Translations under genes and position numbers: made by a program
Source: an uncultured Chloroflexia bacterium
GTDB taxonomy: Bacteria > Chloroflexota > Anaerolineae > CG2-30-64-16
Direction of reading: 5' to 3'
DNA: 64,000 bases
Assembly (NCBI GenBank): GCA_963810095.1
Contig: CAWEMM010000007.1
Span: 192,001-256,000, forward strand
In this document: positions 31,667 through 43,803 of the stretch, piece after piece
Numbering within the stretch: the first letter of the stretch is position 1
Layout of the letters: each line of letters begins with the position of its first letter
The notes under the pieces: generated by a model
The model's database searches: none
Seen by the model: the letters and a program-made list of their open reading frames with translations, nothing else
Told to the model about the DNA's origin: nothing

Positions 31667-34600
31667 TTACATCCCCCGCTTGATCAGTTGGTTCAGAGAA
31701 GCCATCTCCTCGCAGAGGATCAGGTGGATGACGGTGCCCATGTCGCGGACGCGCGGGTCGGGGTTCGCCTTGAACCCGGCCAGCGAGCCGCTGATATAGC
31801 CCCGGATGCGCTCCATGCGCCGCTCTGCGTTGCGGGCACGTCGTGTTTCGGGGTCCGCGCCTTCTTCGTTCGCCGGGCCGAGCGCAGCAGTGGCCGCGTT
31901 GATGGCACCGTAGAGCTCGGCCAGCTTGAGCGTGAACGGCCGCTCGATGCCAGCCAGCGGCACGCCGCGGCGGCTCAGCTCGCCCTGCACGCGGGCCACG
32001 AGGTCGGGATGGAAGCCGGCCGGCTCGGTCATCTTCAACGCGAGGTTCTGGAGCGCGTTGAGGTGCAGCAGGGCGGTCCGGCTGTCGGGCGGCAGGGTCA
32101 TGAACGCCGGGTTGAGTTCCCGCACGATCCGGCTCTGGCTCAGCGGCAGCACGCGGGCGCCGCCTGCGCCGTTGCCGTTGCCGTTGCTGCCCAGCCGCAG
32201 CCAAAGCTCGGTCGATTCCTGGCCGGTGGCCGGATCGACGAAGAGGTCCTCGAAGACCAGGCCGTATGCGGCCGCGAGCGCGTAGGCTCGCACCTTGTCG
32301 GGGTTGCCCATCGCGATGACCAGCTCGGGCGCCAGCATGCGCTGCTGGTTGCTCGTCTCGCCCAGGGTCGGGATCTGCTGCTCGAGCTCGGTCGCATACT
32401 GCTCTTCGGGCAGGATGTGGATGCTCTCGCGGCCCCGGTTCACCTTGCTGCGGTACTCGGGCTCGCAGTGCACGAAGGGCTCGACCGCGGCCAGGTTGAC
32501 GCCCCGGCTAATCTCCATGATGGTGCAGGCGACGAGGCTCTCGGCCGACGCGTCGACGTTGAACCCTTGGTTGCGCAGCGTCTCGCGGGTGTCGGCCAGG
32601 AACTGGCGCGCCACGTCGTCGCGGGCGCCCTCGAGGTTGAACGACACGTAGCGCTCGACAAACGGCGCCAGGTCATTCCGGGCCGGGTTGTAGCGCAGGA
32701 ACGGCTCTTCCACCTGCAGACAGCGGTTTGTGAACTGGGCGTGATTGGGAAACTCGGACGACAGCCGCTCGGCAACGGTTACGTTCCGCCGCACGACCTG
32801 GAAGAGATCCTTGACGCCCGCGAGCCAGGTCGCCGCGATCTGCTCCGCGCCGCTGGCCTGCTCGCCCCATGTGGATACGATCTTGTAGTCGAGCGGGCGC
32901 AGTTCGGCCAGCCGCTGCCACTCGAGCCCTTTTTGCGCGCTGCCGTCCGCAGAAGTGCCGACCTGGCCCATCACGCGCGAGGCGATGGCGGGCAGGTGTT
33001 CCGGATGGCGGTACAGCTCATCCTCGAACTGCGGGCTGGTCAGGTAGTTGCGCACGCGCACGCGCTTCTCGGCCCGATTCGCCTCGTGCGTGCGAATGCG
33101 CGCCTGCACGATCCGGTCCACCTCCGCGAAGGTCAGCTCCCAGTTTTCGATTTCGCCAAGCGCGAGGTCCAACACGCTGCGCTGCCCGTCATTGCGGCCG
33201 CTGCTCGCGCTCGGCTGCGCCCAGCGAATCGAGCACGTCCATGACCGTGCGATAGATGCGCTGGTGCAGCGTGAGGGCCATGCGCTCCTGGAACTGGCCC
33301 GAGAACGCCTCCTGGGCCTGGCGCGGGCGCGTCCACAGGGGGGGCATGTACCGATCGCCGCGGGTCTCGCTCATCCAGGTGATGGCGTTTCGCACCTCTT
33401 CGCCCACCTGGCGGATGCGCGTCTCGACCTGTTGGTCGGCCCACTCCTTTTCTAAGACCGCCTTGAACCGGATGAGCGTGTCCTTCAACGCCTCGACCAG
33501 GGCCCGGGCGTAGGGCAGGCGCGAAGGGAGCAGCCGGCGACCCCCAGCACCGGCTGGGGCCTCGTCGCGGCGGTTCAGCGTATCGAGCAACTCCGCGTCG
33601 AGCGCCTCGGCGAAGCGGGCGCGCAAGGCCACCCGGTACTGGCCGAGGATGGCGTCCCACTCGCCGCCCGAGCGTGAATCAGGATCGTCCGGATCGATCT
33701 GCGGGCCCAGGTAGTCGTCGAGGAATTGGTCCGCGAAGTTGAGCAAACGGGTCGAGCCCTCGTCAAAGGTTTCCTTCTTGTAGTCGCCGTCCCGAGTCAG
33801 CACCAGGTTGCCGGCGAGGTACTCCAGCGAACCGCTCAGGTTCGCGTAGTGCTCCGCGAAGCCGCTGTCCGAGAGGCTGAGCATGCCGAACAGCCCCTGC
33901 CAGCTCATGTCGACCCGTTCGGGGTTGATGCGCCGGGTGCCCGCCACCGCCTTCTGCAGCACGTTCGGGTTCGGCCGCCCCGCCACCGAGGAGGTGCTGA
34001 AGATTTTTTCGACCTCGTTGACAGCCTCGATGCGCACCTGCCCCCGCCGCTTCTCGTCCGTGATGGGCAGGTACTCGCGCGCCAGCAGCTCACGCACGAA
34101 GCGATACGAGTAACCCTCGATCACGTCGTCGACCGGGAAGATGTAGGTCATGACGTTGAAACCGCTATACATGCGCCCCGTTGTCTTGTCATAATGCAAG
34201 CCGGCGTTGGAGCGCAAGGTGGCCAGCGCGTCGCCCAGGCTGTTGTCCACATGCGCGGCCACGAAGTCGGCCACCATGGGGAACACGCCCTTCATCGGGT
34301 CGCCGGCCAGGTCGAAATCCTGGCCCGTGCTGCGCGAGGCGGTGTCGACCAGGTAACAGTGATCGAACGGCTGGTTGGTGCTCCAGGTGATCGACTGCTC
34401 GCTCTCCGCATAGCGCACCATGTAGGGCAGGAAGCTCGAATGGACCCGCATGAACCGGTCCAACTCGCGCAGCGCAGCGTAGGAGTTCGGCTTGAGATTG
34501 GTCGGGTCGTCCATAAACCGGGCGTACTGGGCGAACGCGTCGGGCATGACGATGATGCCGGACACCGAGACCGACTGCCAGTTCTGGTTCGACATCACCG

Positions 34601-35210
34601 CGTGCCGGACCAGGTTGGCGAGATCGATCATCATGCCCGAGCCCGTGCCGCCCGCGACCGAGCCGATGATGAAGATGAGCCGCTTGCCTTTCTCGACGTC
34701 TTCTGCCCGCTGGAACGCCGGCGCCTCCCGGTCAGCCTGGCCGTACATACGCCCGATTGCCTCGATGAGGGTCTGGTAGATCGGATTTGCATAGCGAAGA
34801 AAGAAAGCGGTGCGGCCGATGGGGCGGCGCTGCTGCGCACCCCCACGAACATCCCGCTCGGCCGGTCCCAGCATCCGGTCGAGTTTCTCGTGTTCGAGCC
34901 AGTTCATGTACGCGGCCGTCTTGCCCGTGCGGATGTCGGCAAAGACCGCGTCCATCGTCATCCCGCCCGGGCTGACGATGTGCTGGAACTCGGGCAGGCG
35001 CGTGCGGCGCCCTGCGCCGGCATCGTCAAACGCAGGGTTGAGCTGGGCGCCGGCGAAGCGGTCGATGTCGCGCAGGCCGTCCGTGTCGTACGACAGCAGG
35101 ACCACGCCCTCGGGCACTTGCCCGTATGCTTCTTCCAGGCGTTCCTTCAAGATGGTCAGCGCGGCCTTGCCTGATCCGCCTACGCCGATTGCCAATACTC
35201 GTTTCGCCAT
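31667..35210 (-). CDS. Giant tubulin/FtsZ-like GTPase (Tubulin_2 / FtsZl1 type, ~1180 aa; frameshift near 33195)
   Basis: T1 IGVGGSG, T2 SYDTD, T3 GAQQRRPIGR, T4 GSVAGGTGSG, T6-like NSYAALREL; long helical C-terminal region spanning two frames. Confidence 0.88.
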
Positions 35211-35238
35211 AACAGACAGTTACTCCTGTATGTTTCCG

Positions 35239-35299
35239 GTAGGGGTGAGGCATGCGGGCTTGCCGGCCGAGCCGGCAAGCCCGCATGCCTCACCCCTAC
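35239..35299. repeat. Perfect GTAG-type REP/REPIN-like palindrome
   Basis: 29-bp perfect arms GTAGGGGTGAGGCATGCGGGCTTGCCGGC with 3-nt loop CGA. Confidence 0.85.
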
Positions 35300-35316
35300 A
35301 ACAGGGGCTTTGCGCC

Positions 35317-37735
35317 CTATCTCAATTGTTTCGGATCGGTCGAAAACTTCAATACGATTCCGTTCCCGCCTGAAGCGGTGTGCATCGACGGGATATCCCG
35401 GATTTGGAACAACTGCGGACCGGACGGCCCGCGCAGGACGGTTGAGACGCTGCCCCGGCGCTCGACGCGCAGCTCGACTGGCTCCATGCCCTGCACCTGC
35501 AGCAAGCCCTTGCTCCCGATGGTAATCGTGCTCTTGCGGGCCGCCTGGCCCAGGCTGCGCAGCGACTTGTAGGACCCTTCGGCCTTGCCGTTGCGGTAGA
35601 CCTGTACATACCCGGCAGGCGGCTGGCGCACGGTGGCCACCAACGCGGCCGGCGCGACATAGAATCCCAGGAACGCCAGCAGGCCCGCGCCGGCCAGCGC
35701 ACCGGCCACCTTGGCCGCCAGCGGCGGCGGGCACCCGCTGGAGCCGCCCCACGGTGCAAAGGCCCAGCCCGCTTCGTCGACGCACTGATCGCTCAGATCG
35801 TTCACGCCGTCGCCGTCCGAGTCCGGAACGGGCGTCGGCGCGGGCGTCGGGGTCGGACGGGGAGTTGGGGTGAGGGTCGCCGTCGGCACCGGCGTCGGTG
35901 TGCAAGCGACCGCGGCGACCTGGACCGGCACGTCACGCTCGAGGGGCTGGACCCCGCCGGCGAACGTCACCCGTACCCGCATGCTCGTCTCGACGCTGCT
36001 GCCACAAGACAGGGCCGCGGCCAGCGCCTCGCACAGGGGCCCGACGGAGGCGGAGAATGCGCCGCTCTCGCCCGGAGTAAGCGCGGCCTCCCGGCCGCCG
36101 GCAAATACGCTGGCGCGGACTGCGGCCAGTTGTCCGGCATCCAGCCCGCCGAGCGTGATGCTCAGATCGGAGGCGCACCGCCCGTGGCCGAGCACTGGAT
36201 CGCTGCGGGGACGACCGCATCGATGAACCCTGCCCGCCGGATATCAAGCAGCAGCTCGGCCCGCGCGACCGGGAACGTACCACCCGACGGGTCGCCCACG
36301 TTGCCCGCCTCCACCGCGAACGCATAGCGTCCCTCGACGCCCACGCCCTCGTACGGAATCGTGTACACGCCCTGAGCATCCGGTCGGAGGTCGGCGGCCA
36401 CAGGAACCTGCCCCGTGCTCCCGTCCGGGTTCGTAACGGTGACCAGAAGCGGCTGAGGGGCGGTAATGGGCTCCCTGCTCGCATTGTCGAGAAGCTGCAG
36501 GCGGAGATTGAAGGGCTGGCCCAGGCCGTGCGGCCGGTCGACCAGGAACTGGCCCGGTACTGCAGTTGGGCTCGCGGCCGGCTCGACGAACGCAACCCGG
36601 TACGACCCCTCCATGTCGATGTGCACGATGACCGGTTCGCTCGACGTGATTTTCCAGGCGGCATCGCGGGGTGCGGCATCGAGACGGCTGCGGCCAATCG
36701 CCACGATCTGCACCGGGCTCTCCTGCCCCTGGAAGAACTGCGTGTCGGGGTCGCCCGCGGCGACGCGCACGCCTGCCGGGTCGGTGACGGCGATATCCGC
36801 CGGCGGCGTGCCACGCTCGCGTGTGAAGGTGAGGACCACCCGCTGGATATAGCGGCTGACGAACACTTCGAGCGTTTGGCCCGGTGCCAGGCTCAGGGGC
36901 GGCCGGGCCACGCTGTTTCCAGCCGCGCCACGATCTCGTCGTAGGTCCGTTCGATCTCCTCCGTGCTGTTGACCGGGTAGGAGCGTACGAAATTGTGGCG
37001 CAGCCCCATCTCGTCCCAGAAGCGGATATAGCGCTCGTAGGTCGCGGTCGCGGGCGCAGCCTGCTGGCGGTTCTGCAGCAGGATTACGAATAGGGGCACG
37101 TCGGGGTTGGCCGCGACCAGGCGCTCGATATCCTCGTTGCTCTGCCCACCCGCTGGGAAGGGCGCACCGTCGGTCAGCAGCACCACGGCGGGGAGGTTGC
37201 CCGGCCGGCGATTGGGCGACTCGCGCAGCTCGCGATAGGCCATTTCGAGCGCAGGCACGATCTGTGTCGCCAGCTTTGGCTGCGGGTTGCTGATCGCCCG
37301 GGCGAGAGCGTCCCGCGCCTGGTCCAGCCCGGTCAGCGGGCTGACAAGCTCGGGCGGGTTGTCACCCAGGCTCACCACGCCCAATTGGTAATCTCCGGCC
37401 GCCGGCAGCGCGAAGCCGGTGCGGGCGATGAAGAGCGACGCGCCGGTAATCCGCAGGAAGTTCGGGTCGTTGCCCCACACCTCGCAGCCGGGGATGCGCT
37501 GGCTCGCCGGGAACATGCTGCACGAGTTGTCGATGACGAGCATGACGTCCAGCGCCTGGCCGTTGGGCGCGCCGGTCTGGGCATGCGCGACGGGTACGCC
37601 CCCGCCAAGCACGAAGGCGAGCAGCGCAAAGGCAGTGAGAACCGCGGTGCCTATGTTGTTGCGAAGCATCCTGAGCGGGCGCCGGGGGAGCCGGCGCAGA
37701 GTCGAAGGATGCGGCGCGGTTCGGGATTGCTTCAT
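35317..37735 (-). CDS. Single-pass membrane vWA-domain protein (frameshifts near 36905 and 36200)
   Basis: Signal peptide; MIDAS IDNSCSM...T...LLTDG; Ig-like stalk; PT linker; TSP3-like DSDGDGVNDLSDQC; TM; cytoplasmic beta-rich domain. Confidence 0.82.
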
Positions 37736-37741
37736 ATGCGT

Positions 37742-39109
37742 CTACTCATTGACTTCCACGATCGCGTCGACCGCCTGTACGGGCTCGCCGGCAGTCCCCG
37801 ACTCCACCCAGAGCCAGACGTGGTACAGGCCGGGCCGTGCATCCTTAGGCAGGGTGAACTCGGAGACGAACCGGCCGTTGGCGTCGGTGCGGACCGGCGG
37901 CACAGAGAGATGTTCGGCCGGGCTCTTGTACGTGCCCGTTTGATTCAGTTGTTCCAGCGTGAGCGGCGCCGGGAAAGGCTGATAGGCCAGGTTGACCAGC
38001 GGGTTGGTGCTGCCCGAGAGCAGCGCGCCGCGCAGCACCAGCCGGTCGCCCGGTTGCGCCCGTCGCGGCAAGGGCTCGATTGTCACGTAGCGGTTGACGA
38101 ACTCCTGGGACATCGCGACGTTGCCGGTCGCGGGGTTGTAGGCAACTCCGATCCCCACGTGTGTGTGCTCGGGCGCGAGGATGTTAGCCCGGTGCCCTGG
38201 GCTGTTCATCCAGGCAGTCTGCGCGTCGGCCACCACCTGCTCCCAATCGTCGATGGGTGCGCCCCGGCCGTCTTGCCACTGATGCACCAGGCGGTAGACG
38301 TTCTCCTGTGACATGTCGAGCCCGCCGGCCCGACTGTAGCGGTATTCCGGCCCATAGCCGTCCATGTTCCAATGGCTCATGTAGCCAAACTGTGCCATCT
38401 CCTCGCTGTGCTTCTGGCCCGCGGCCGCGGCCGTGGTGTCCCATGCGACGGGGCGCAACCCGTTGGCCTGCCGGTCCGCGTTCACCAGGTCGAGCATGCG
38501 CTGGGCCAGGGCCGCCAGATCTGGCGCGTCGGGCGAGGCGCCGGTGGCAACTGCAGGTCGTGTGGGAGTGGGGGGAGCGGGCGTGGCGGACGAGGATGCG
38601 GCCCGAGTCGGCCGGGGCGCCGCAACTGCAGGCGTTGCGGGGCCGGGCGGAGCCGGTCGCGGCGACGTAGCGGCAGGCGCATCCGAGGCCCTTGCAGGCG
38701 GGCTGGCCGCCTGCGTCGGATTGCCGCGCGCCGGCGCCCCGGTCGCGGTCACCGCGGCGAGCGGCGCGGTGGTTTGCTGGGCGCCGGGCACGGCGCCGGT
38801 CGACACCAGCGGCAAGGTCGCCGTCGGGGTGGCGGCAGGCTCGGGCGTGTCGGCATCGCCTGCCGCGAGCGCGGGCGCTGCGACAGCAGGTACTGCCGCG
38901 GCCTGCGTCTGGCGCGACTGCCAGACCAGGAAACTGCCGGCCGCCAGGACGACCAGGATGAGCGCGAGAACGAGAATCGGACCTGGGTTTGGGCCCGAGC
39001 GGCGCGGCGGCCGTCCGGATTGCACCAACCGCCCGCCGGGTGGCGTGCGCCGGGGCGCGGTTCGCACGGGCGCACGGCGGGGCGACGGTTTTTGGGTTGA
39101 CCTGAGCAT
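37742..39109 (-). CDS. Membrane-anchored CAP (SCP/PR-1) domain protein
   Basis: N-terminal TM; Pro/Ala linker; LVNADRQANGL, HSEEMA..YMSH, WMNSPGHRANIL..HVGIG. Confidence 0.88.
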   Translation of the reverse strand: MLRSTQKPSPRRAPVRTAPRRTPPGGRLVQSGRPPRRSGPNPGPILVLALILVVLAAGSFLVWQSRQTQAAAVPAVAAPALAAGDADTPEPAATPTATLPLVSTGAVPGAQQTTAPLAAVTATGAPARGNPTQAASPPARASDAPAATSPRPAPPGPATPAVAAPRPTRAASSSATPAPPTPTRPAVATGASPDAPDLAALAQRMLDLVNADRQANGLRPVAWDTTAAAAGQKHSEEMAQFGYMSHWNMDGYGPEYRYSRAGGLDMSQENVYRLVHQWQDGRGAPIDDWEQVVADAQTAWMNSPGHRANILAPEHTHVGIGVAYNPATGNVAMSQEFVNRYVTIEPLPRRAQPGDRLVLRGALLSGSTNPLVNLAYQPFPAPLTLEQLNQTGTYKSPAEHLSVPPVRTDANGRFVSEFTLPKDARPGLYHVWLWVESGTAGEPVQAVDAIVEVNE

Positions 39110-39282
39110 GGCGTCTCTTCAGCGCGAAGCAAGAGCTTCGCGTAGTGATTTCTCAGCAGAAGTCATCCTACCATAACACAGGTCTGTTTGGAAATGATGA
39201 AGAACGCAGAAATTGGATTAATAAATGATGAGAAGATGGTTAAGACCCGAGTTGCAGGGGCCGGGTGTGAGTTGCGGAAAGC

Positions 39283-39798
39283 TTAGGGGTAACCGGCGGA
39301 GTCCCGTGCCGGCCGCCGCGTCGCCCAGACGGTAAAGCGCACGGTCCAGATTGCCGCATAGAGGCCATAGAGGATGAACAAGAGTAGGAGTGCTTGCGAA
39401 TCGAGCGGACCGCTGGAAAGTGCCGCGAGGATCGTCAGCTGGGTAATGCCGATCAAGAGGGCAATTGTGGCCGCGCCTAGCCATTCCATTTGCCGCTGTA
39501 ACGCGTTCATCGTCTCCGTGCGCTTCTCGGGCGCCAGCCAGTAGTCCTTGCGCGGCATGTTGATCCAGTCGTTGGGGATCTTGCGTATCGCCCGGGGGAG
39601 CACGAGAAACAAGATGGCCATGCCGAGGATAGCGGCAAAATTGATCAGGAGGTACTGCGTTTTCGGCGTCGACTCATCGGGCTGGCCCGCGTCGCCGAAG
39701 TGCGTCGGCATCGGATCGGGCAGCAGGGGCGCGTAGTGGACGCTCTGCAATGCGGCGAGGAGCACGAGCAGGATGATTACGTAGCGCGACGCGCTCAC
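39283..39798 (-). CDS. DUF1648 (SdpI-like) membrane protein
   Basis: LPDPMPTHFGDAGQPD; INMPRKDYWL; four TM helices. Confidence 0.8.
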   Translation of the reverse strand: MSASRYVIILLVLLAALQSVHYAPLLPDPMPTHFGDAGQPDESTPKTQYLLINFAAILGMAILFLVLPRAIRKIPNDWINMPRKDYWLAPEKRTETMNALQRQMEWLGAATIALLIGITQLTILAALSSGPLDSQALLLLFILYGLYAAIWTVRFTVWATRRPARDSAGYP

Positions 39799-40139
39799 GG
39801 CCAGGGCCTCCGGGGAAAGGCTTGTAGGGAGAATGCAATCCGCTGGATTCTATCATGCAAGCCGCCGCGAGGCTACTCGGGACAGGTTGGGCCGGCGTTC
39901 CAACTCCGGCCCTTTCCGGGGCTTCAACGGAGGGTCAGCCTGCAAGCCGACCGGCACAAGCCTCCGGCCCGCGGGGTGGCAGGACGCGGCCGGCCGCCGG
40001 ACGTGGAGGGTTGCCCCACACCCGGCGGCCGGCATATCGCAGAGGCGCGCCGGTCAGCGCTTCATGTCGCGGTGCTGGAAGTCCGGGTTCGTGTGCGCTT
40101 CGGGCTCCAGGTCGAACTGCCGCTTGCTGCCACCTGGCG

Positions 40140-40422
40140 CATTTCCGGGATACGATGGCGAGGTCCTGGCATTGCATGTGCGACGCGAAGCTCAAGGTCG
40201 GGGGGTAGGCGGGGCGCTCTTGCGAGCGGCCGTGCGCGAGCTGGCCGATGCAGGGGCCAGTTCCGTGATGCTCTGGACCCTGGCTGGCAACCCGGTTCGG
40301 CAGTGGTACGACGGGCTCGGCGGCCAGATTCTCGCCGAAAAGCGTGACGACGTTGACGGGCGGGAGGTCGTCTAAGTGGCCTACGGCTGGCCGGACATCC
40401 GTGCCCTGTTTGTGCAATTGTA
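40140..40422 (+). pseudogene. GNAT acetyltransferase remnant, 5'-truncated with an in-frame TAA
   Basis: YDGEVLALHVRREAQGRGVG...LWTLAGNP; TAA at 40373-40375 where a sense codon is expected before VAYGWPDI. Confidence 0.7.
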
Positions 40423-40475
40423 GCTTAAATTACTGATACAACTTTAAATTGGGCGCGCCAATTGCGCTTCACGAG

Positions 40476-40484
40476 TGCTATAAT
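40476..40484 (+). promoter_or_regulatory. Extended -10 promoter for the small peptide gene
   Basis: TGcTATAAT in an AT-rich intergenic region. Confidence 0.55.
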
Positions 40485-40590
40485 AGTACAGAACCCTCCG
40501 CCGGAGATTCCCTGCGGAGCGCTCGGTCCGTCGTGTTAGCAGGCGGCCTCGGCGCCGGCCTCTGTTGCCGGCCTGAAAGGAGCGGAGACC

Positions 40591-40716
40591 ATGGATCCCA
40601 AGGCACTCGCAGAGGCATTGGTTGCCGTAGGAGCCACGCCAGTCATTTCGATCGGCATGGCGTTGGTCGTGGTTGCCGGCATTGTCGCACTCGCTAAGAA
40701 GCTGTACCGGCAATAG
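40591..40716 (+). CDS. 41-aa single-TM peptide, absent from the ORF track
   Basis: MDPKALAEALVAVGATPVISIGMALVVVAGIVALAKKLYRQ; RBS AAAGGAG. Confidence 0.75.
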   Translation: MDPKALAEALVAVGATPVISIGMALVVVAGIVALAKKLYRQ

Positions 40717-40798
40717 ATGAGGGGCCCGCAGGGGTAACGGGGCCACGGCCGCAGGCGTGCGGCTGACGCGGTCAGATGTGCGCGGGGCTCACGGTCCG

Positions 40799-41359
40799 TT
40801 AGCGCCCGATCCACCATGCCAGCGCCGCGGCGCCCAGGAAGGCCACCCCGAGCACGCCCGTCACGAGCGTCCAGGTCCACAGCGCGGACGTCCCACCGCG
40901 CGAGTCCATGCGCGCGTCCATAGGGTTCTGGCTGTCGTACAGCACGGTGACGAGATCGCCCACCCGGTGGCTGGGCGGCCAGCTGCCCTCGGCCAGCGGC
41001 ACGTTGTACCGCCCCCCGTCGGGCACGTCAAACGCCACCCTCGGGTAATAGAAGCTGTTTGCGTTCTCGTCCTTCCGCTCGATTAACTCGGTCACCTGGC
41101 CCAGTGCGCGCTGCTCGCGCGCGAGCTTCCGGCTCGTGCTGATGCCCGTCAACACCGCGACGACGACCATCAGCACCGCGATGCCGAGGAAGACGAAGAG
41201 GAGGACCCGCGTCAGGGTCCGTCCGCTTTCCTCGAGCTCCCGGCTCTCACGCTCGAACTCGGCGTCAAACGACGCGTCGAGCGCCGCCGCGCTCTGGCCC
41301 CCTTGCGAGCTCCGCCTTGTCGACCGCTTGCGTTTCCGTGTTCCAGACCCCATATTCAC
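40799..41359 (-). CDS. DUF3592-like membrane protein
   Basis: TM - ALGQVT..YYPRVAF..VGDLVTVLYDSQNP..AR - TM. Confidence 0.75.
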   Translation of the reverse strand: MNMGSGTRKRKRSTRRSSQGGQSAAALDASFDAEFERESRELEESGRTLTRVLLFVFLGIAVLMVVVAVLTGISTSRKLAREQRALGQVTELIERKDENANSFYYPRVAFDVPDGGRYNVPLAEGSWPPSHRVGDLVTVLYDSQNPMDARMDSRGGTSALWTWTLVTGVLGVAFLGAAALAWWIGR

Positions 41360-41374
41360 CCCTGCGCTGCGTCA

Positions 41375-41403
41375 TTGACGCATTCTCGCTCTGCCCGTAT
41401 AAT
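41375..41403 (+). promoter_or_regulatory. Near-consensus sigma70 promoter of glnS
   Basis: TTGACG-17 bp-TATAAT. Confidence 0.8.
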
Positions 41404-41473
41404 GCGCCTGTAACCAACCGCACTATTGCGAGTCGCGGCTCACCGGCCGCGATTGACAGAGGCCTATCATACC

Positions 41474-43174
<1,701 letters not shown>

Positions 43175-43178
43175 CGTC

Positions 43179-43263
43179 GGGTCGATGATCGAACTGATTC
43201 TCGCGATCGTTCTCTGCAGATCATCGAAGATCAGTTAAATCGGTTCAATCTGCGTCCCATTCA
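43179..43263. repeat. Imperfect intergenic palindrome ending ATCTGCGTCCC
   Basis: Periodic GAT/ATC arms; same family as the elements at 30468 and 56619. Confidence 0.5.
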
Positions 43264-43286
43264 CCCTCTCATCAAGGAAGGTACTC

Positions 43287-43754
43287 ATGAAGGGCAACGA
43301 CGAAGTTCTCGCATCGCTCAATTTCCTGCTCGCCGACGAACTCACGGCGATCAACCAGTACATGGTCCACTCCGAGATGTGCGCCAACTGGGGTTACGGC
43401 GAGCTCCACGAGTATATCGAGAAGCGCGCGATCACCGAGATGCGCCACGCCGAGAAGCTGATCGGGCGGATTATTTTTCTGAACGGCAAACCGGTCGTCA
43501 GCGATCTGCATCCCTTGCACATCGGCGGGGACGTCACCGACCAGCTCAAGCATGACCTGGACGCGGAACTCGGCGCGGTCGTGGCCTACAACAGGGCCAT
43601 CCGCCAGGCGGTCGAGGTGGGCGACAACGGCACACGGGCGATCCTCGAAGGCATCCTTCACGACGAAGAGGAGCATGTCGACTGGATCGAGACCCAGCTC
43701 GACCAGATCGAGCAGATGGGCATCCAGACCTATCTCGTCGAGCAAGTGGGATAA
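43287..43754 (+). CDS. bfr: Bacterioferritin
   Basis: MKGNDEVL..ELTAINQY..H, EMRHA (heme Met), EEEHVDWIETQL. Confidence 0.95.
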   Translation: MKGNDEVLASLNFLLADELTAINQYMVHSEMCANWGYGELHEYIEKRAITEMRHAEKLIGRIIFLNGKPVVSDLHPLHIGGDVTDQLKHDLDAELGAVVAYNRAIRQAVEVGDNGTRAILEGILHDEEEHVDWIETQLDQIEQMGIQTYLVEQVG

Positions 43755-43767
43755 CGGGCAAAACGCG

Positions 43768-43797
43768 AAGGCCGGGCGGACGTCCGCCCGGCCTTTT
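43768..43797. terminator. Intrinsic terminator between bfr and the M23 peptidase gene
   Basis: AAGGCCGGGCGG-ACGT-CCGCCCGGCCTTTT. Confidence 0.8.
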
Positions 43798-43803
43798 GTC
43801 GTC

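Noticed and set aside
31667-35210. Canonical ftsZ or plasmid/phage TubZ
   Set aside because: About three times too long, divergent loops, no dcw or tubR context.
40373-40375. In-frame TAA in the GNAT gene as stop-codon recoding
   Set aside because: Single case in an already truncated gene; TAA terminates other genes here normally.
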